64,000 nucleotides of DNA. Origin: an uncultured Gammaproteobacteria bacterium. Its GTDB lineage: Bacteria > Pseudomonadota > Gammaproteobacteria > UBA4575. A program made the translations under genes and the position numbers. The stretch covers positions 1,443,653 through 1,507,652 of the forward strand of contig OX638335.1 of the NCBI GenBank assembly GCA_951812785.1, in the 5' to 3' direction. Shown in pieces: positions 35,513 through 42,890 of the stretch (its first letter is position 1; every line of letters begins with the position of its first letter). The notes under the pieces are model-generated. The model did no database searches. It was not told the DNA's origin and saw only the letters and a list, made by a program, of their open reading frames with translations.

Positions 35513-36538
35513 CTATTTATCACTTTCACCGAATACACCGCCACGTACCAATACCGCCATCACGTAATGTTCATCTTCCACGCGTTCCAATGCACCACCA
35601 CGCGCCCAATGATCAAAAAAGCTATAGAAGTCTTGTTTTTCTGCGGGTGTACGGAAGGCTTTACCCTGATTGGTCACTGCACCATAGGGTTCGATAGCGA
35701 TTGGGCCAACCGAAGCTTCCGGGTCAGCAAACTCTCCATACCAAGTATCAATGGTACGGATGGCATTACCTATTTTTTGCGAGTGCATGGCAGCAATATT
35801 ATTTACATGGTAAAGAATTTTGCTTTTCTCACCTTTACCTTTATCCAGCACGAGTTCTTCGCTGGGATAGACATCTTGTGCTTTACCCACTTTGGCATAG
35901 CAGGTGATATCGAGCATAAGAAAATCATCTTCACTGGCTAATGCTGTTGCAATGCGTTCTGCCAAGATAGTAACTTCCGCATCACTTGCTGACAGGTCAC
36001 GCGGATTAAACTCCAAAGCATTAAATTGCCAACTCTGCTCTGCACCCTGGTTTAAGGCGCTGACTTCGACCTGGATGTTTTCGGCTCCAAAGCGGTTGCG
36101 CCAAAGGAATCGTGCATTGGCGATGTTCAAGGCATAACGCTTTGCCAGTTCTCTCATACCCCGTGTTTGCAGATAGCCATTGACTGCTGCTTGGTAGCTT
36201 TGTTTGAATAAGGCATTGTTGCAGGCTGAAGGCTGTTGCAAGCCACCCAATACTTTTAAGGTAAAGTGTAATTTAAGCGTGTCTTGTTCTGTACCCAAAG
36301 CACAGGCATCTATCGTTTGTAAATTGGGTTTTTCAACTTCTGCGTTTAATTTTTGCGGGTCTTTTTTTATCGCCTCCTTTAGGCGGTTAGCGATCGTCCC
36401 CCGCACTGATTTCTCTTGCAGTTTCAGCGGTGTCACTTCATTTTTATTATCCCAACTTGTGCCATACATATAGCCATCACTGGGTACCAGTTTTTTTTCA
36501 AATGCGAGTACAGATGCAATATTGTCTTTCTTAGCCAT
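35513..36538 (-). CDS. cas7f: Cas7f (Csy3) Cascade backbone subunit
   Basis: 341 aa, in the conserved I-F gene order. Confidence 0.9.
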   Translation of the reverse strand: MAKKDNIASVLAFEKKLVPSDGYMYGTSWDNKNEVTPLKLQEKSVRGTIANRLKEAIKKDPQKLNAEVEKPNLQTIDACALGTEQDTLKLHFTLKVLGGLQQPSACNNALFKQSYQAAVNGYLQTRGMRELAKRYALNIANARFLWRNRFGAENIQVEVSALNQGAEQSWQFNALEFNPRDLSASDAEVTILAERIATALASEDDFLMLDITCYAKVGKAQDVYPSEELVLDKGKGEKSKILYHVNNIAAMHSQKIGNAIRTIDTWYGEFADPEASVGPIAIEPYGAVTNQGKAFRTPAEKQDFYSFFDHWARGGALERVEDEHYVMAVLVRGGVFGESDK

Positions 36539-36556
36539 AGCTATTCTCCTGATATG

Positions 36557-37489
36557 TTAAAAATCAAATTCACTTGACGGATCTTTTGCAACCGTATTAA
36601 GGGCTACACATTGGTAAAAGTTACTAGCCTTATCAACTTGATAGCACCACAACATGTCGCTTATTGATTCAAAGCGATGAGGCATTTTGAATTCACCTAA
36701 GGTCACCAGGCTTTCAGCGAAGCAATGTGGTTGATCTGGGTCACGTTGGTTTTTGGCTTGGCCTAATTCACTAATACCGTGGAAGCCTGTAGCAATGGGT
36801 ACAATCCAGCCTAGGGGCTTGTCAGTTTGGCTTTTGCGGCGTTTTTTCCATAACACGCCATCTTTTGTTTGTTCGCAACGATGATGAATTGCCACATAGT
36901 CAATTAACGCAGCCATAGCATCATCCTGGCCTTGCCCCATCGCTTCAATCATTAGGTCGCGGCGCTCAATCAGCACATAACCTGGCATAATTTTTCGCGT
37001 AAACCGACGTAAATCCTCTTCGTTGTTATCTTCAAGTACAAAAATAGCAGGTGGGCTAAAGCTTTGAATATCCCCACCCGCCATTTTTATTTTGCTGTTG
37101 AGTAAATGGCTTATTTGCGCTTTTATTGCATCTTCTTGCTCCTGGCTTATCCCCTGCAATTCCAGTAATAAAGACACCTCAAGATGGCAACGAGCTTCCT
37201 CAATAAACGATGAACGCGATCCGGTTTTATCTAAGGGGTTACCGGTACCTATAATGGATGACACAAAATCATTTGTTCCACGATAGGTTTGTAAGTTCAT
37301 TTGGTGGCTCACCACACCGGTTGCCGTCACCTTTACATCTATGCCACCCTCATTTAATTTACGTTGTAGGGCGTGAGTCGCCCCTAACCATGCGGTCATC
37401 GCGGGAAAGCCAATGGTAAAAGGGCTGGAGAGGGCATTAGCGTTATGAATGTGAAGATGTGGAATCAGCAGTATCTTTTTATAGCTCAT
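36557..37489 (-). CDS. cas5f: Cas5f (Csy2)
   Basis: 310 aa; overlaps cas8f stop as ATGA; I-F order. Confidence 0.88.
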   Translation of the reverse strand: MSYKKILLIPHLHIHNANALSSPFTIGFPAMTAWLGATHALQRKLNEGGIDVKVTATGVVSHQMNLQTYRGTNDFVSSIIGTGNPLDKTGSRSSFIEEARCHLEVSLLLELQGISQEQEDAIKAQISHLLNSKIKMAGGDIQSFSPPAIFVLEDNNEEDLRRFTRKIMPGYVLIERRDLMIEAMGQGQDDAMAALIDYVAIHHRCEQTKDGVLWKKRRKSQTDKPLGWIVPIATGFHGISELGQAKNQRDPDQPHCFAESLVTLGEFKMPHRFESISDMLWCYQVDKASNFYQCVALNTVAKDPSSEFDF

Positions 37490-38802
37490 CGTAACGCCTC
37501 CTTGTGTTTCACGACCTGCTTATGGATATGCTTAAATTCGCCGTCTGAAAATATAAAAGTTTTTTTGCCGAGCAATTTTTCATAACCATTAAAGATAAAT
37601 TTAGCGATGTCAGTGCATAGCATATCTAACCAGTCATTTTCATCTTCTCGTTGCGCTTCATTGGCCATACAGAGCCATATTTTTTGAGTAGGGTTTAACT
37701 GGCTAGTATCTGGGTTGTATTGCGCTTCGCTTACGCTTCTTACTCGCCACATTCTTTCAATAATTCGATCCATGATGGCCTGGTAATATTCATCGCGCGC
37801 ACTCCGGATATGCCTATTATTTTTGTGGTTAAGAAATATTAAGTCATGCAAGGCATAAAACAAATCTCTACATTGAAAATAACTGAACGATTGGCTAAAA
37901 AAGTCCACTGTTGGAAAGTGGATGTCACGCTTGATTAATTTGGGTGGCTCGCTCGGTAGCAGATGCACTTTGCCACCGTTTTGATTGTTCAAAACGCTAA
38001 TATTCTGCGGCTTGGTACCGCCATAACCCATCGTGGTTAAGTTGGCCAGTTGCTTATAACCCCCTATATACATTTCATTGTTCTTTTCACATTTCGCAAA
38101 GTCTCTTGCGCCCGCATCCGGACCTATATACATTTCATTGTTCTTTTCACAAGTTCTGGCAATTTTTGTTTCTTCAGAAAAACGGATGGTATCAATCCTT
38201 TTTCTCAGCTCGAATACTATGCCAGATGCAGACAGTATCGATAATTGGTGGTAGCCATTTTCTACAGGAAAGTAGACCTGTTTAATTTTGGAACTCGTTA
38301 TGCTATCAGCATCGCTATTCGTCATGGCTAAAAAGCCTTCTTTTAAAGTGCTGTATGACTCTGCTTTAATCTTGAGAAGTTGTTGTGCTAAATCAGAATC
38401 TTGCTCGATGTGGCTAAGTAAGGTTTGCCCATCTTGCATATTAAGCGTCAAAAATTTATAGACATCTAATGCGGCAGCATTGCCCAGTGCATCGGCCTCC
38501 ACAACAACGTTGCCACTGCGTAAATAGCCATCGTTGCTTGCTTGGCTATCGGCAATAATTGATGAGGCATAGCCATTCTTATTTTTACGTGAACTAGGAT
38601 GGCTGAAAGTACATGGATGCGTGGATATGGACATTTGCCCCGCTCGCTTGGCGGCATTTGGCAACCAATTTTCCAAACTAAATTGCTCGGAGCACTCCTG
38701 TTCCTTAGCCTGGATCATCGTTTCATCTGCACCAGCATGAAGATTTTTCTTTAACCAAGCCGCTTTACGCTTGTCAAAGAATTCAGCTATTACTTTCTCC
38801 AT
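37486..38802 (-). CDS. cas8f: Cas8f (Csy1) large subunit
   Basis: 438 aa, first gene of the csy operon. Contains an internal 29-bp perfect direct repeat (see findings). Confidence 0.88.
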   Translation of the reverse strand: MEKVIAEFFDKRKAAWLKKNLHAGADETMIQAKEQECSEQFSLENWLPNAAKRAGQMSISTHPCTFSHPSSRKNKNGYASSIIADSQASNDGYLRSGNVVVEADALGNAAALDVYKFLTLNMQDGQTLLSHIEQDSDLAQQLLKIKAESYSTLKEGFLAMTNSDADSITSSKIKQVYFPVENGYHQLSILSASGIVFELRKRIDTIRFSEETKIARTCEKNNEMYIGPDAGARDFAKCEKNNEMYIGGYKQLANLTTMGYGGTKPQNISVLNNQNGGKVHLLPSEPPKLIKRDIHFPTVDFFSQSFSYFQCRDLFYALHDLIFLNHKNNRHIRSARDEYYQAIMDRIIERMWRVRSVSEAQYNPDTSQLNPTQKIWLCMANEAQREDENDWLDMLCTDIAKFIFNGYEKLLGKKTFIFSDGEFKHIHKQVVKHKEALR

Positions 38803-39013
38803 CTACATTATCCTTTTTACGCTAATAATTTTAGCCAAAAGCCAGTTATAAAAACTTTGCAGAAGCATCTTTAGGTGATGATACTTGCTGGTTGAATCCT
38901 GAGACATCTCATCAAGAACGAGTACTTCTTGCTGGCGAGAAACCGTTAGTGTCTCTTTTCTCACATACCGCTTAGCCATATTTTTTATACCCTACTTTAT
39001 CATTGATAGGTCA

Positions 39014-39042
39014 AGCATAAGCATAAAGATCAATATTTTCAA
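39014..39042 (-). promoter_or_regulatory. candidate sigma70 promoter for the csy operon (TTGAAA-17-TATGCT)
   Basis: -35 TTGAAA (complement of 39037-39042), 17-nt spacer, -10 TATGCT (complement of 39014-39019). It directly abuts the CC PAM of the psi-spacer target. Confidence 0.45.
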
Positions 39043-39077
39043 CCATTTAACTATTGGTATAAAATACTCCAACTACT
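39043..39077 (+). promoter_or_regulatory. CC PAM plus seed-matched target site of the adjacent psi-spacer; overlaps an extended -10 (TGgTATAAA, 39055-39063) that faces the mini-CRISPR
   Basis: Positions 1-14 of the site match psi-spacer 39096-39128 except at positions 6 and 12; 22/33 overall; CC immediately 5'. Confidence 0.55.
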
Positions 39078-39156
39078 GAAAAAGCAGCTTAGAAAATTTA
39101 CCTATTCGTGGTTATTTATCCATTTACTGCTTACTGCCGCATAGGCAGCTTGAACC
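39068..39156 (+). ncRNA. degenerate mini-CRISPR (psiR1-psiS-psiR2), candidate crRNA-like regulator of the CreR/CreA type
   Basis: psiR1 at 39068-39095 matches 19/28 but ends in a perfect GCAGCTTAGAAA 5' handle. 33-nt psi-spacer at 39096-39128. psiR2 at 39129-39156 matches 22/28 and keeps the intact hairpin CTGCCGCATAGGCAG. Orientation is opposite to the cas genes. Confidence 0.6.
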
Positions 39157-39182
39157 ATCTACCTTGATCTCCAGTAGGTGGT

Positions 39183-42100
39183 TCACACTCTCACCAATCC
39201 GAATTGGTCGTTATATTTATATTTAGCGCTTTCATCGTGCCAAAAACTTAACTCGCCATAGCGCAACGATGCCCTACGCATACTCATATCTTGTGCGTCT
39301 GCCATACTTGCTATTTCTGCTTCAAAGTCGCGTTGTAGCCATAGCCGTTTGCTTGCTTCTGTAGCCAACTGCACACGATCAATACCAAGCGGTAGTTCAC
39401 GTGGCACAGGAAAGCCTTTTTCGTTTTTTTCACAAAAGGTACATGCCTGCTTATTTTCATCAAAGGCCAAAAACACTTTCAAGCTCGGCGGAGATTTTCT
39501 AAACGACACTATGTGTTGCGGGTATGCCGTCAAAAACCAGGCTTCACGCAAATAGCCTTGTAGCTGAGCAGGGCCGTTACCGTCTCGTCCATAGTTAGCC
39601 AATAACTTGCAAATAACATAATGTTCTAAATCTGCCAATTGTTTTTTAGGCTGTAGATCTTTTGATTTTTGGATACGTGCAATAGCATCTACACGCTGTA
39701 ATAAGGCATCCGCATCCAGCAAGTCATTCAAGTTGTGGCTTGCCAACCTGATTTGGTCTTCAAAACCTGGCCTGTTAAATACTTTACCGTTTTCAAGGTG
39801 TTTATCGCGTACCCCCCGCCAGTTGTATTGCAGCAAACTGATGTTAGGCACTTCCACGCCGATTTTACGATGACGACGCACACGTCCTGCCAATTGGATA
39901 ATTGAACGATACGAAGATGGTTCCACAACTGCCCAGTCAAAATCGTGGTCGCGACCAACCTCTTCTACGGGAGTTGCCACTAACACAAACAGCACATGTT
40001 TAACCTGTGGTTCGGTTCGCTTTATATGCTCAAGGTGTTGACGAATAACAGTGTTTAGAAAAGCTTTGGGTTGTTCATCTATGTCTTCTTTACGTTTTAA
40101 TACTTGGCCTAGGTGCTGTTCTTGTTTATGGCGCATCAGCAAGACTTGCTGACTGTGGTACGGCATCGTTCTTATCTGAACGTCTGCTGGCAGATCCATC
40201 TTTAGCAAGTAACGGGCTAAGGCTATGCAGGGTTGAATATTCGCCATGCGCACCACGCCAAACGACACCGCCAATTGGCTTTGTTGATCAACCATGTGAT
40301 GGTGCTGATGTTTAGTGAGAACACTATCAGTAATGATTTTAAAATAGGCTTGTTGTTTACTCGCTATAACGTTTTCATCGTTAGGGCTATGGGTAAAATC
40401 AGCAAAGATTTGTTCACAAGGAGTAATGTCAGCTTTGCGCTTAACCGGTTGTTTGACTAATTTAGCAACGCGTTTTTCGACAAATTTCACGTGTTCACTG
40501 CGGTAAGCAGGTATTGCATCCCGCACTTGCAAGCCATGATTACTTGCGACGACTGTGTTAAATTCATCTATCCATGCACAGCCCACCGTCGCACTGGCAT
40601 CACGGCTTTTACAGTAGATTAGCCATCCATCTCGGTACGCTTTGAAGTAGCCTTCAGCTAAATCAGGCGTAATGGTTGCCGAGGAGATCATCACCTTTCG
40701 ACCTAACATACCTGCTAAGTGAATGAGGCGTCCAATAGCGACTAAATCCTCACCGGTAAAATCGTCAACTTCATCAATTACTAGATCAGAAGACATTAAC
40801 CGTAGAGTAGGCAAAATATAGCGCCCCCCACGCTTAGTCTCAGTTGCCGCCATAAGATGGTCGATGGTGCAGGCTAATACCGGCGCATAGAGGAATTTTT
40901 TATCACGTTGTTCACGCAGTACGGTAGTCATACCTTCTTCAGGAATAGCGCAATCGTAATCGACTTCTTCATCCAACAATGTTTCTTGTGACTCTGAACC
41001 ACTTGCTTCAAAACTCAGTTCTTCTGTCTCAGTTTTTGCTTGCTGATGTAACGCCATGACGGCACGCGAGCCGATCAGTACCGCCAGTTCGGTTGCATCC
41101 AAACCCACTCGCTCACGGTATTCATCACCTGTTTGTAATGTGAGGGTACGTAAGCCCAGAGCCAAAATAAAACGCAGGCTATTCCCATCATTTGATACAG
41201 CCTGCATCACTTTGGCATTGGCAAAGGTTTTACCGCAGCCCGTACTTGCCATATTCACAGCGAAAAAACCTTGCTTTTGCGTATTATTCTTGCGCCAATG
41301 TTTAATGTTATCTACGGCTTTATCTTGCCAACGAAATTCGCCAGGGCTTAGTTTTTTCAATGCTGTGATGTCTTGCGCTATGGGTGGTTCAGCTTCAAAT
41401 GCCGGTAGCAAATGTGCAGTGTTTAAACCATGCCTTGCAACACCAACCAAATGCTCATCCAGCTTTTGCTTTAAAGCTTTAGTTTTAAAATCGGTATTGG
41501 CAAATAAGCCGAGCTTGTCTTGCCATTTTTTATCGGCATTTTGTGATGAGTAATAATGATCACCCAGCATTACGCATAACCGCGCATAATTTAATACTGA
41601 TCGGTAACTGCCATCATTGAGTGATTGCAATACCTGCGATTCACAAGCTAGTAAGCGTTGTGACCATTTTTTAATTTGCTTTAACCAAGGTTGCGAAGCG
41701 CTGAGTAGCCCATTAGGAAAATTAAAACATTGTTCAACCCGCTGCTTATATTCAGCCTGATCATAGTTGTTTTCGTAACCCCACTGCTGAGTAACCAGGC
41801 ATAAAACATTATCAATGTTAGGACAGCATTCAGCCCGCATATCCACATCTTTATTTAGCGGTAAACGATGATGGGAGACAACCAGCCAAGCCACTAGTTT
41901 AGCTATCGGTGGTAAATTTTTTAGCGGATTAGTCTGCTGTTTACTGGCAATGGCTTTTATCTTGGCTTCATCAATGTCGCCTTTTGCTAAGGTCTCAAGC
42001 CAACCACTATCGTTTACATTGTTTGTATCGCCTTGATGCATTTGAATAAGTGCATTCAGCAATAAACACGAAATCCATTCATGCCGAATAGGGTCACCTT

Positions 42101-42545
42101 TAAAGCCCATTTTATTCTTAGGCTTCAATTTTTCCTGGAACAGTTGGCTGGCTTTACCCCAATCATGCAAAAGCGCGGCAATAGCCACCAAGGCTTTAAT
42201 TAAGGGTAAATACGCCCAGTCATTTTCAATATGAGAATTTAATAAATTTCGCCTCGTCGTGTTAACGGGCACGGCTCCTTCGCGATCAAATTTCTGACGA
42301 TTACCCACCACCCAAACCAACTCACTACGCGCACGGCTGCGTATCCAATGACAGCTTACCGCAGTGTTTTTACTGGCAGTTTTTCTAAGTAATTTTTTTA
42401 CTGCCAGTAAGCCTTCCTGGGTGATAATTGTTTGCCAGGTGTTATCGCCAATGCGGTTGGCGAAGGCATCAAGCACACGGCGACTGCGGGCGTGGGCTTT
42501 TTTTTCGCATTGACTAACAAAGGTAACCATCATGACCAAAGACAC
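39183..42545 (-). CDS. cas3: Cas2-Cas3 fusion (Cas3f) helicase-nuclease
   Basis: 1120 aa with an N-terminal Cas2 domain (..VSQCEKKAHARSRRVLDAFA..HWIRSRARSELVWVVGN..), HD nuclease and SF2 helicase. The ORF-track start is GTG at 42545; ATG codons 4-5 codons downstream are more likely the real start. Confidence 0.93.
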   Translation of the reverse strand: MSLVMMVTFVSQCEKKAHARSRRVLDAFANRIGDNTWQTIITQEGLLAVKKLLRKTASKNTAVSCHWIRSRARSELVWVVGNRQKFDREGAVPVNTTRRNLLNSHIENDWAYLPLIKALVAIAALLHDWGKASQLFQEKLKPKNKMGFKGDPIRHEWISCLLLNALIQMHQGDTNNVNDSGWLETLAKGDIDEAKIKAIASKQQTNPLKNLPPIAKLVAWLVVSHHRLPLNKDVDMRAECCPNIDNVLCLVTQQWGYENNYDQAEYKQRVEQCFNFPNGLLSASQPWLKQIKKWSQRLLACESQVLQSLNDGSYRSVLNYARLCVMLGDHYYSSQNADKKWQDKLGLFANTDFKTKALKQKLDEHLVGVARHGLNTAHLLPAFEAEPPIAQDITALKKLSPGEFRWQDKAVDNIKHWRKNNTQKQGFFAVNMASTGCGKTFANAKVMQAVSNDGNSLRFILALGLRTLTLQTGDEYRERVGLDATELAVLIGSRAVMALHQQAKTETEELSFEASGSESQETLLDEEVDYDCAIPEEGMTTVLREQRDKKFLYAPVLACTIDHLMAATETKRGGRYILPTLRLMSSDLVIDEVDDFTGEDLVAIGRLIHLAGMLGRKVMISSATITPDLAEGYFKAYRDGWLIYCKSRDASATVGCAWIDEFNTVVASNHGLQVRDAIPAYRSEHVKFVEKRVAKLVKQPVKRKADITPCEQIFADFTHSPNDENVIASKQQAYFKIITDSVLTKHQHHHMVDQQSQLAVSFGVVRMANIQPCIALARYLLKMDLPADVQIRTMPYHSQQVLLMRHKQEQHLGQVLKRKEDIDEQPKAFLNTVIRQHLEHIKRTEPQVKHVLFVLVATPVEEVGRDHDFDWAVVEPSSYRSIIQLAGRVRRHRKIGVEVPNISLLQYNWRGVRDKHLENGKVFNRPGFEDQIRLASHNLNDLLDADALLQRVDAIARIQKSKDLQPKKQLADLEHYVICKLLANYGRDGNGPAQLQGYLREAWFLTAYPQHIVSFRKSPPSLKVFLAFDENKQACTFCEKNEKGFPVPRELPLGIDRVQLATEASKRLWLQRDFEAEIASMADAQDMSMRRASLRYGELSFWHDESAKYKYNDQFGLVRV

Positions 42546-42699
42546 CCGTTACCCAGATAGGTTAGAATCCGGTTGTCGTCTGGCCAAGAATCGACAACCA
42601 TCATCTTGATGTTTACAGCACAAACGAAATGCTGCATCCAAAGGGATTTGCGAGTGACATTGCTTACCACACAATGTTTCAGCTCACCCCTTAGGCGAC

Positions 42700-42728
42700 A
42701 TATTAGAAGCAATCTAAAAATATTTCAA
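42700..42728 (-). promoter_or_regulatory. candidate sigma70 promoter for cas2-3 (TTGAAA-17-TAATAT)
   Basis: -35 TTGAAA (complement of 42723-42728), 17-nt spacer, -10 TAATAT (complement of 42700-42705). It is separated by one nucleotide from the CC PAM of the psi-spacer target. Confidence 0.45.
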
Positions 42729-42730
42729 TC

Positions 42731-42752
42731 CCTATAAAGAGTTATTTTAGCA
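42731..42752 (+). promoter_or_regulatory. CC PAM plus seed-matched target of psi-spacer 42800-42819
   Basis: CC at 42731-42732; the next 10 nt (tataaagagt) match the psi-spacer perfectly; 15/20 overall. Confidence 0.55.
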
Positions 42753-42771
42753 AATAATCTGCTATACTTTG

Positions 42772-42847
42772 AATATCTGCCGTATAGGCAGCTTAGAAAT
42801 ATAAAGAGTCGTTTTACACGTTCACTGCCGCACAGGCAGCTTATTGA
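42772..42847 (+). ncRNA. degenerate mini-CRISPR with a 20-nt psi-spacer, second candidate CreR/CreA-like crRNA-like gene
   Basis: psiR1' at 42772-42799 (22/28) keeps a perfect hairpin plus handle CTGCCGTATAGGCAGCTTAGAAA. psi-spacer tataaagagtcgttttacac at 42800-42819. psiR2' at 42820-42847 is GTTCACTGCCGCACAGGCAG with an intact hairpin, then degenerates to cttattga. Sits in a 345-bp gap between cas1 and cas2-3, in the opposite orientation. Confidence 0.6.
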
Positions 42848-42890
42848 TTCGGCAGAGATTATGGTTGTATGCATATTTGGCCTGCTATAG

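Noticed and set aside
39181-39208. Possible third degenerate repeat (GTTCACactctcacc...) after a 24-nt segment downstream of psiR2
   Set aside because: Only the first 6 nt and about 9/28 positions overall match the repeat, and it overlaps the cas3 stop codon region. Most likely coincidental.
42530-42712. 60-aa minus-strand ORF covering the cas3 5' UTR and start
   Set aside because: It overlaps the cas2-3 start in another frame and contains the self-protospacer. The region is better explained as the cas3 leader. No SD or conservation argument supports it.
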